The translations under genes were made by a program, and so were the position numbers. From the IMG/VR virus record IMGVR_UViG_3300032164_000001: a stretch of 64,000 nt of DNA. One strand, written 5' to 3'. The stretch is from a virus. Below the pieces are notes generated by a model, which was not told the DNA's origin, did not search any database, and was given only the letters and a program-made list of their open reading frames with translations. Below, piece by piece: positions 29,739 to 37,557 of this stretch (its first letter is position 1; each line of letters starts with the position of its first letter).

Positions 29739-31277
29739 TCAGTTCTCGCCCTTGGCGCGCTTTGTCAGCGCCTCGCGATAGGCGGGGGAGTTGTAGTTGT
29801 TTGGGAACAACAGAGAACCTGTACTGGAAGCAGGCGGCTCGCCTGCTGAAGCTGGGGCCGGAACGGTTCCACGCGCCTTCGCCACGAGAGCCTGCAGCTC
29901 TCCGATTTGCTTCTGCATGCTCTGCATCTTGGCCAGCAACTCCTCGACCGGAGGAGCCACAGGCGGATCGCCTGCTGATGGATTGACAACCGGCGGCTCG
30001 ATGACCGGCTCGATGACTGGCTTGACAATCGGCTCCGTCGGTAGAAGTTGATGCTTGTGCAACTGCTCCTCGAAGCTGCTCAGGAATTGGTCCGCGTTGA
30101 GAAGCATGCCGAGCTCACTCAGCTCCAGGTCGTCTGACTTCTTGACCTTGGGGTACTTCTCGACAAGCCCCTGAAGCAGAATCGAGATCTGCTTGAGCTC
30201 CTTCATGGCCCGAGGCTCATTGAAGTTGGCCTGTTGGGCCTTCTGCGACAGAGAAAGAGCACGCTCCGCCACCTCACGCAGCGTGACCGCGAACTTGTTC
30301 TTGGCCTTCTCGGTGTGCACGGTGAGCTTCTCGGCCAGTGCATCCACGATGGACCGGACAGCTGCGATCTCCGCTGCAATCGGCTCGGCGACGGAATCCG
30401 TCGCAGCCTCACCAGCCACCTTCGCCACGATGCCCAGCTGCTCCGCGATAGCACGGAACATGGCAGCACAAGCTGGAAGAGCCTCTTCCATGTCAACGTC
30501 GGCGGCGGATACGCCTTCCGGCAACGTCGGAGCGGTTTCACTCTTGCTGATCTTGAAGCTCTCGGCGAGAGTCTTGATCTTCCCGGCGAAGGCCTTCACG
30601 GCCTCGACGAGTGCAAGGCCAGTCAGTGATGCCATGCCAAGTGCCTCCTCGGCGACTTCACGCAGCATAGGTCCCGGGCAAGTCGTCGGTGGTTCCACGA
30701 CTGGCGGCGGAGGAGGTTGACCACCCTCGGACTTCGCAGCCGGAGCGGGAGTTTGCTGATCTGGTGCCGGTTTGCCTTGCTCGGGCGCAGGAGACGGGTA
30801 CTTCTTCATAACACCCTTCAGCAACTCGATGAGTGCTGTAGCCTCGGCGTACACCTTCTTCATGTCCACCTTGACACCCTCTTGCTCCAGTGCTTGGCAG
30901 ATCGACATGCCCTTCTCGGCCACCTCGCGAAACACGGCCGAAATGGCGGAGGCAGCCTTGTCGACGTCATTCTGGCCATCGGAATCCTGGCCGCCGTCGT
31001 TTTTGAGCTGAGAAACCAGTTCTCCGATCTGCCCCGTCAAACCCTCCAGGGCAACGGCAGCCCTCTCGAGGTCCGACGCTGTCTCAGGGTTGTGCAGATC
31101 TCCGCCGGCACCCTGGACGAGCTCCGGCTCCAGGTTCTGCGTCGTCATTGCTTCCTCCTTGAAGACGATGAATTTTCGCTTGTTAGCGGCTCTGTCTACC
31201 AAATCGACCTTGTACGGCTCGATTTCTCGTAGGCGGCGACGCTTGATTCGTTTTCCTGTGTCACTGTTGAATGCCAA
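29739..31277 (-). CDS. Scaffold-like protein carrying the XkdF N-terminal motif
   Basis: Probable TTG start at 31277 after AGGTGG (track start 31409 has no RBS); RRLREIEPYKVDLVDRAANKRKFIVFK followed by acidic helical and Pro-rich segments; directly before the capsid gene. Confidence 0.75.
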   Translation of the reverse strand: MAFNSDTGKRIKRRRLREIEPYKVDLVDRAANKRKFIVFKEEAMTTQNLEPELVQGAGGDLHNPETASDLERAAVALEGLTGQIGELVSQLKNDGGQDSDGQNDVDKAASAISAVFREVAEKGMSICQALEQEGVKVDMKKVYAEATALIELLKGVMKKYPSPAPEQGKPAPDQQTPAPAAKSEGGQPPPPPVVEPPTTCPGPMLREVAEEALGMASLTGLALVEAVKAFAGKIKTLAESFKISKSETAPTLPEGVSAADVDMEEALPACAAMFRAIAEQLGIVAKVAGEAATDSVAEPIAAEIAAVRSIVDALAEKLTVHTEKAKNKFAVTLREVAERALSLSQKAQQANFNEPRAMKELKQISILLQGLVEKYPKVKKSDDLELSELGMLLNADQFLSSFEEQLHKHQLLPTEPIVKPVIEPVIEPPVVNPSAGDPPVAPPVEELLAKMQSMQKQIGELQALVAKARGTVPAPASAGEPPASSTGSLLFPNNYNSPAYREALTKRAKGEN

Positions 31278-31310
31278 GTGCCCACCTGTGCCACTTGTTG
31301 CGCCACTGCT

Positions 31311-31340
31311 ATTCTTCAGGCACACAGAAGCAAAAGTCAA
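31311..31340 (-). promoter_or_regulatory. Possible sigma70-like promoter for scaffold and capsid genes
   Basis: TTGACT-N18-AAGAAT upstream of 31277. Confidence 0.35.
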
Positions 31341-31487
31341 GAGAGATATTTGACTATTTGCTTGCACCAATTGACACAAAGCAGATGATAAACAGTGCAG
31401 GTGTGCCACAGGTGGGCATTAGATGTGCGCTAGATGTGTGCCAAATGCGCCCGAAGATGCACCAAGTGGGCAACAAGTATTTGTAAT

Positions 31488-34400
31488 CTAAGCAGCAATG
31501 TCCAAGGCTAAAGCCGAACCCTCTATGCTCCATCCTGTCAATTTGCCTTGCTTGATTGCTTGCCACAAATCGTTGTCCAGAACCCGCGCGGCCATGAGCC
31601 AGGTTCCTTTTTTCACGAATTGAGCGTCCACCAGCATGTCGACCGGTGCGACATAGCTCTCCAACACACGAATCTTGACTGCCTCAAGTGGCCCACCTCG
31701 ATGCATGAGACCGATGTGCTGCGCTTGCTCCATGAAGTAGTAAGCAGCTTTCCGAACCGTCTCCTCATCATAGATGTCGCCCTGCGAATCGTACTCGTTC
31801 GGAACGAGCACTACGCCAAGCACGTAGCGCTCCTCGTCGGTCTTCACGATCTGCACGTGTCTCGAGCCACATGCATCCTTGGCTATCGCATCGGAAACTT
31901 CGTCTGAGGATTTCTTCAGTTCTCCACTACCTAGCAGGTCATGGACTTCCTGCAGAGTAGAAGGAGCTTGATCAGTCACATCGATAACGGATGGAGTGAA
32001 CCCACGCAGGCGCTTCTTGTCCGGATTAGATTCGTCCCAGAGGATCTCAGTGACCTCGATGCGAATCGTGTCTCCAGTCTTTACATTCAACTTTGAATTG
32101 AAACTGCGGCCCATCTTCACATACGTCTTGCCGTTCAACTCCACGGGTTCGACCCACGTCTTTGCATCCTCCTGACTGACAGGGCCCACGGCGTAGAAAA
32201 AGTTGAAGACTCCAGGCGAATCCTTCACCGGATGCGCATCCCAGACTATCCCCCTGATTTCTCGGATCATCTTCAACTTCGCCATGGAATCTGTCTCACG
32301 CAGCGTGACAGTACCCTCGGCGTACTTGAGCATTGCCCCCTCGGAACCTGGAATCTCCCGAGCCCACTTCAAAGCTGGTTCCATCTCCTCCTCGGAATGA
32401 ACCAACCTCGACTCGGTGAGCAGCAGTCGCTCGAGCTCCCTCTTTGACATGAACTCATGCAGCAGCTCGAGCCGTGTGCGCAGTGGTAGCACCACCACGT
32501 TGCCCCTTGTCGGATGGTATAAGATGTCAAAAAGTTGCACGCGGACATTGACGTCATTTGCTGCTGAAGCACCACGAAACGTGGCAAGCTCACGTCGAGG
32601 CACAGGGGCACCGGAATCGTCGACGGCCATAAACTCGCCATCCAGGATGTACGGACCAGGAATGGTCTCGAGCTCTTTCTTCAAACCGGGAAGGTGATCG
32701 AGAAAGTTGGAGATTGGCGTCTTTCGATCCCAGATGTCCTCGGAGATAGCCAACAGACGTCCTTCGCCATCTCGTTGAATCGACACACGAAATCCATTCC
32801 ATTTCGGCTGCACGTAGATGCCAGTCTTCAGCATCTCATCGGTGGCAAAGTCCGCATAGAGCCGGTCCATGTCGTTCGACCTGAACTCGTTGCTAGGCCT
32901 CGGTGCGGCCTTCATCGGCTTGTAAATGGCCAACGGCCTGAGGCGTTCTCTATCGTGTGTCTTGTCGTCACCGGGTTTGATGTCAGCCGGATCCCACACC
33001 TGTACATTGGTCAGCTTCTCTCCACCAGCCAGAGTGATCGTTGCAATCTTCTCCTCTTTATTGACAGAGCTCGCTTCCTCACTGAGCGCATGCACATGGC
33101 CTGTCGGCTTGTCATGAGGATGACCCTTGGCCGGCTGTACCTTGCCATTCACGACTGCATGCGTATGTGGCACGGCTTTGGCCGCAGCGCCGTCGCTGAT
33201 GACCGTCTCCGTTGTGTGACCATTTCCCTCACCGTCGACAATGGCCTGGTGGCTGTGCTTGTGACTTCGTCCTGCTTCACCCGTTGTACAACGCGCTGTG
33301 GACCGCTTGATTGGCTCTCCCACACCCTCACTGTGCTCCCAGATCCAGACTGTTCCCTCTCCTTCTTCGGCTCGCAGAATGATCAACCCACTGAATTCGC
33401 CTGGAAGGTTCTTGCCTTGCAGCTTGAACTTCTTGAAGGCGCGGCTGTCTTCCAGAAACTCGATGGTTCCTGTATGAAGAACACTGATCGACGACTCGGT
33501 GTCCTTCGTCGGGTTCAGATTCAATCCACCGTAGCTGGTGCCGGGCTTCACTTCGCCTTCGAGCTTCATCAGCTCTGCAGCTGCGCTCCCACTGGCCGTC
33601 TGATGCAAGGCCGTCACGCGTTGGTTCGAAGAGGGATCTTCTAGGAGCTGGAAGTCCTCGACGGACGCTCCTCGTCGAATGAAGAGATGGTAGATCTGTC
33701 TGGTCGGCGCCGCCCGGATAACCATCGCTCCCTTCCATCGTTGCCAAGAAAGAGTGAAAGGCGCACTGCCCAATGACATGCTGCTCACTGCTGTTTTCTC
33801 TTGACTCACGGGCTCAATTCGATCTAAAATACGGGAGGTTTGGGTGGGGTGAGGTTTATGTATGGGGGGTGTGGGGGGATTCCTCAGCGATATTGCAAAC
33901 TTGTCATACGCCCTTTCCACCGCCAGTAGGCTGTTCTCAGTTTCTTCTGATTTGCAGTAATCCCGGAAACTCCTTTCTTGCTCTAAGTCCAGCTTGTGAT
34001 GAGTTGCAATAGCATCGAGCGCGGTCTCGGGTTGTGGCCTGTACAGGTAGTACTTCGTGACGACGCGCTTGAACTGAGAGTCGACGAGCTTGATGTTCTC
34101 CTCGGTGAAGAAGTGCACATCGACGAGGGCATCGCGGATCTGCAGGCGCTCCTTCTCTTCTGTTGCCCGCCAGTACTGAAACTCCTTCGGCACGACGGAC
34201 TTGAGACCTGGTGGCAGGTAGGCCCAGCCCTTGGGTGGAATACGCTTCACGTTGACGGCTCGACGCTTCAAGACCGATGGCAGAAGTGACTTGGCGAACA
34301 TGGCCGTCCAGAACGGCACGCCTTCGGGCTGCTTGCGACCGGCCTCCACGTCTGGGTCCGTGGGCTTTCCCCCTTCGGAGACGAGCAATCTGAAAGTGAG

Positions 34401-37088
34401 CAAGCCGGAGAACTTGGGGTCCTTCTCGCAGAAGTACTCGTGGAAGTACGGCGTGCGCTCACCCCAGGACACTTGAGGCCTGGCCGTGATAACCATGAAC
34501 CCCTTTTCATTCCTCGTCGCACCCACGCTCCCTGGTTCAAAACCCTCTTCCACATCGAGCCACTGCTTGGGCTCCGGCGCCTTCGTTGCGGCATAGACCC
34601 GGTGTGGAGCTCGCAGGGGCTTGTTCCAGTCGGAGCCATCGATGGCGAAGGAGGAGACGATCTTCTTGGCCTCAGCGAGTGTCTCCGGCTTTGCGATCTT
34701 GCCCTTGATGGCATCCGCGGCCGTGTAGCCAATGAGGTAGCCATTCGCAGCGATCCTGATGTCCATGTGAACCGAGGCACCCCTGACGTGATGCTGCACG
34801 ACCGCCGGAAACGGTTTCTCCGTCGGTGGCAACTTCAAGAAGGGGTCCTGCTTGGCAATGAGCTCTTCGAGTTCTTCGACCAGTATCTCGGCATCACGCA
34901 TCTCGACGATCGTGTTGTAGTCCTCCCGCCTGCGCACGACCAAGTCATAGATGGGCAAATGGGCAGTGAAAGGCCCCACTCCGGCGAAGTCATCTTTCTC
35001 CAGCGCACCGCCATGGAATGACATGCGCTGGCCGATCTCCGCCGGCATCATGCGTCCGAGACGGAACTTCAGGATGTGAGCGGTTGCCTCGTCGAGCGGC
35101 CCACGAAGCAGCACATCGATGTCGTTCTTCGTCACGCCGTTGTTGGCAATGGAGCCCACGACCGAAACGACCGGACTGCGTAGCAAGAACTCTTCATGGA
35201 AGTGCGGCAGAAGCTCCTCCAGCTTCAACTCTGGCAGCTCCCCTGCGCTCCCCGGATGAATCGGGGCGTAGCGCTGACTCGGCCCGGCCTTGTAGAGCCC
35301 GGCCAGCTCCGGCGCATTCTCGATGTCAATCCCTCTCCGCTTGCATTCATCGAGGATGAACTTGAGCGCGTTCTCCACATCTTCCTTGGGCATGCTGTCC
35401 ACACTCGTGCGCCCCTCGGTGTATTCGGTCTCGAGCACCGTCTTGGCCGTGGCGTAGAGCTGCAATAGTTCCTCACTTGACAGCTGACGCAAGATGTCCG
35501 GAGTGAGCCCTCGAAAAGAGAGAAACGGCTTCTCTTCCTGCTTGCTTTGGGCGGGTTCTCGTGGTTGGCCTGCTGTCGACCCGTCTGTCGGTTCTTGTGG
35601 TTGACGTACTGTTGACTTGCTCAGAGCCTGTGGGAGCTCGATGACCGGGCCGTATCGACGGGCGGAGACGATGCGCTTCAGCTTCAGCGGCGGGTTGAAG
35701 GCCGCCACAAGCTTCATGGACATGTAGTAGATCGGAGTCTCGGTGGAGAACTCCTCACGAGAGAACTTGTCGATGCCATCTCGCATGTCATCCGGCATCT
35801 TCGAGAGATCGGCATACTCGACAGGTGCATCCAGAGTGATGACACCCCACACGTACTGGGCATCGGCCTTGGTCGGAGCCACCTCGTTGAGCAAGAACTG
35901 CCGCTGACCAGTTCGTCCTGTGCGTTGAAGTCTAGACAGCACGCCTGTAGACTGTTCCTTACGCAACCTTGCAATGTTGAAGGCTGCATCTGGCGTCTTC
36001 AGAGTGGAAAGCTTTCCCTTTGGCTGCTCGGCCTTCTCTACAAATTGAATCTCGTCCGAATGGATGAGACCACCGTCCGCGTCGTAGAGCGCATCGACGT
36101 GATGAAGGATGGCCTTGTGGAGAGTAGCCCCCTCCTGTACGAACTTGTCCTCGAGGGCCAAGAAGCCCTCGAGGCATGCAATGGCGTCCTCTGATAGCAC
36201 CAAGATGCGCGTCTCGGCTGGCAAAAACTCTCGGGCCATTCTGAGCTGCGTGATGAGCTTCTCTGCCAGGATGAAGATGTTCTCAAGCGAAGCAGCAACC
36301 GGCTTCTCGGTGAATGGCACCTCGGAGTAATCCTCGACGAGAGTCGAACCGACAACAACCACCGTGCGAAGCAGTGCGGTGTTGAGCTGCTCGGGCTCCA
36401 TGAGATGAATGGCTTGCTCGACGAAGGACGGGGCCACCTTGGCGAACGTGAGCGCCAGTGACAGCACATTGCCCAGGACCTGCAACTGCTGTTCCGTCGT
36501 AATCTCACTCCAATCAGCCTGTTTGCGCTCCGTGGCAACTGCTTGCTCCGCAACCGGATGCTTCCAGGGTTTGAGCTCGTCGAAGGCCTCGAGTTTCACC
36601 ACCGTATAGGCATACAGCCTGCGGCTGCGTGGCCACCAGCTCTTGCGCTCCTCCTCGGAGATCTTGTGCTGGTCGCTGAGCCTGCGAAACTGTGCAATGG
36701 AGATCGGCTTCGCCGCACCCAATTCCATCACGCCGTAGATGAACTGCTTGTCGCCAAAGTGCAGACGCTCCCCTGCAACATCGAGTTGCCTCGAGTGCAC
36801 GATGAGCCTCTTCTCACCACGTCGTACCGCTTCCGCATGGGGCTCGACCATGCGACGGAGTGGATCTGACTTCGCCGAACGCAGGAGCGTTGTGAGGTTC
36901 TGCAAGTTGTCGACAAGCTGCTCGAGCTCTTTCTTCGAATTCATCGTTCGATCCTCCATGGATGATCGCGGTCTGAGATGCTTTGGAGACGATGGACTCC
37001 CCGTCGATTGACGCCTGAGGATGCTTTCCAGATTGCGGGCTCCCCATTTGTCGGTGTTGGGGATCGGGGCTCGACCCGAACTGTGCAT
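31488..37088 (-). CDS. Giant multidomain protein: 2x ASCH-like, nucleotidyltransferase, LigD-type phosphoesterase(s), His-rich segment, ATP-dependent ligase, XkdF-type prohead protease
   Basis: NTase GSIANNGVTKNDID; PE VVQHHVRGASVHMDIR; ligase QPKWNGFR, ILDGEF, LFDILY, EGAMLK, AKLK; protease YVLGVVLVPNEYDSQGD...KKGTWL...LWQAIKQGKLTGWSIEG. Alternative start at 36944 (GGAGG RBS). Confidence 0.88.
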   Translation of the reverse strand: MHSSGRAPIPNTDKWGARNLESILRRQSTGSPSSPKHLRPRSSMEDRTMNSKKELEQLVDNLQNLTTLLRSAKSDPLRRMVEPHAEAVRRGEKRLIVHSRQLDVAGERLHFGDKQFIYGVMELGAAKPISIAQFRRLSDQHKISEEERKSWWPRSRRLYAYTVVKLEAFDELKPWKHPVAEQAVATERKQADWSEITTEQQLQVLGNVLSLALTFAKVAPSFVEQAIHLMEPEQLNTALLRTVVVVGSTLVEDYSEVPFTEKPVAASLENIFILAEKLITQLRMAREFLPAETRILVLSEDAIACLEGFLALEDKFVQEGATLHKAILHHVDALYDADGGLIHSDEIQFVEKAEQPKGKLSTLKTPDAAFNIARLRKEQSTGVLSRLQRTGRTGQRQFLLNEVAPTKADAQYVWGVITLDAPVEYADLSKMPDDMRDGIDKFSREEFSTETPIYYMSMKLVAAFNPPLKLKRIVSARRYGPVIELPQALSKSTVRQPQEPTDGSTAGQPREPAQSKQEEKPFLSFRGLTPDILRQLSSEELLQLYATAKTVLETEYTEGRTSVDSMPKEDVENALKFILDECKRRGIDIENAPELAGLYKAGPSQRYAPIHPGSAGELPELKLEELLPHFHEEFLLRSPVVSVVGSIANNGVTKNDIDVLLRGPLDEATAHILKFRLGRMMPAEIGQRMSFHGGALEKDDFAGVGPFTAHLPIYDLVVRRREDYNTIVEMRDAEILVEELEELIAKQDPFLKLPPTEKPFPAVVQHHVRGASVHMDIRIAANGYLIGYTAADAIKGKIAKPETLAEAKKIVSSFAIDGSDWNKPLRAPHRVYAATKAPEPKQWLDVEEGFEPGSVGATRNEKGFMVITARPQVSWGERTPYFHEYFCEKDPKFSGLLTFRLLVSEGGKPTDPDVEAGRKQPEGVPFWTAMFAKSLLPSVLKRRAVNVKRIPPKGWAYLPPGLKSVVPKEFQYWRATEEKERLQIRDALVDVHFFTEENIKLVDSQFKRVVTKYYLYRPQPETALDAIATHHKLDLEQERSFRDYCKSEETENSLLAVERAYDKFAISLRNPPTPPIHKPHPTQTSRILDRIEPVSQEKTAVSSMSLGSAPFTLSWQRWKGAMVIRAAPTRQIYHLFIRRGASVEDFQLLEDPSSNQRVTALHQTASGSAAAELMKLEGEVKPGTSYGGLNLNPTKDTESSISVLHTGTIEFLEDSRAFKKFKLQGKNLPGEFSGLIILRAEEGEGTVWIWEHSEGVGEPIKRSTARCTTGEAGRSHKHSHQAIVDGEGNGHTTETVISDGAAAKAVPHTHAVVNGKVQPAKGHPHDKPTGHVHALSEEASSVNKEEKIATITLAGGEKLTNVQVWDPADIKPGDDKTHDRERLRPLAIYKPMKAAPRPSNEFRSNDMDRLYADFATDEMLKTGIYVQPKWNGFRVSIQRDGEGRLLAISEDIWDRKTPISNFLDHLPGLKKELETIPGPYILDGEFMAVDDSGAPVPRRELATFRGASAANDVNVRVQLFDILYHPTRGNVVVLPLRTRLELLHEFMSKRELERLLLTESRLVHSEEEMEPALKWAREIPGSEGAMLKYAEGTVTLRETDSMAKLKMIREIRGIVWDAHPVKDSPGVFNFFYAVGPVSQEDAKTWVEPVELNGKTYVKMGRSFNSKLNVKTGDTIRIEVTEILWDESNPDKKRLRGFTPSVIDVTDQAPSTLQEVHDLLGSGELKKSSDEVSDAIAKDACGSRHVQIVKTDEERYVLGVVLVPNEYDSQGDIYDEETVRKAAYYFMEQAQHIGLMHRGGPLEAVKIRVLESYVAPVDMLVDAQFVKKGTWLMAARVLDNDLWQAIKQGKLTGWSIEGSALALDIAA
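33801..33870 (+). promoter_or_regulatory. Sigma70-like promoter plus G-rich element, copy 1 (antisense within the giant gene)
   Basis: TTGACT(33801)-N18-TAAAAT(33825), then a 40-mer matching 61457..61496 at 33/40 positions. Confidence 0.65.
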
Positions 37089-37552
37089 CAGGTTGGAGTC
37101 CAGATCCGAGATCCCGGGGCCAGTGGCTCGTAGACCTGTCCGTCAAGCTCGCAGCGCAGGGCCTTGCCCATCAGGTCGAGCGTCTGTGTGACCGAGTAGT
37201 CCATGTCACCTCGAGCACGACGGAACCACTTCTCGCAGATGGCAAAACGGCGACGTACCTCGTCGTGCGTCGGACGCACCGTGGAGAACGGTTTCCGTCG
37301 CTGGTCCTCCCCGAATGAGCGCCAGATGCTGTTCTCGATGGCCTCGAAGACCAGGCGCAGGTCTGCGTCGCTCCGCATGAGAGAGGCGAAAGGTTTCGAG
37401 TCGCCCTGGATCTGAGGTACACCCTGCTCCATGAGCTTCATCGTGGCTTGATACTTTTCCTCGAAATCTTGCTCCTCCTGAAGGATTCGCTCCCTCTCCT
37501 CATCGGTCTGGGGCTCCGGTTCGTTCATCGTGTCTTCCTTTACCTCAGGCAT
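37088..37552 (-). CDS. Hypothetical protein
   Basis: 154 aa; GAGGAG RBS; between portal and giant gene with TGATG coupling. Confidence 0.75.
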   Translation of the reverse strand: MPEVKEDTMNEPEPQTDEERERILQEEQDFEEKYQATMKLMEQGVPQIQGDSKPFASLMRSDADLRLVFEAIENSIWRSFGEDQRRKPFSTVRPTHDEVRRRFAICEKWFRRARGDMDYSVTQTLDLMGKALRCELDGQVYEPLAPGSRIWTPT

Positions 37553-37557
37553 TGCGT

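Noticed and set aside
32793-32804. KWNG instead of KxDG as proof of an inactive or RNA-specific ligase
   Set aside because: KxNG variants occur in active nucleotidyltransferases of this superfamily and the other motifs are intact, so specificity cannot be decided from sequence.
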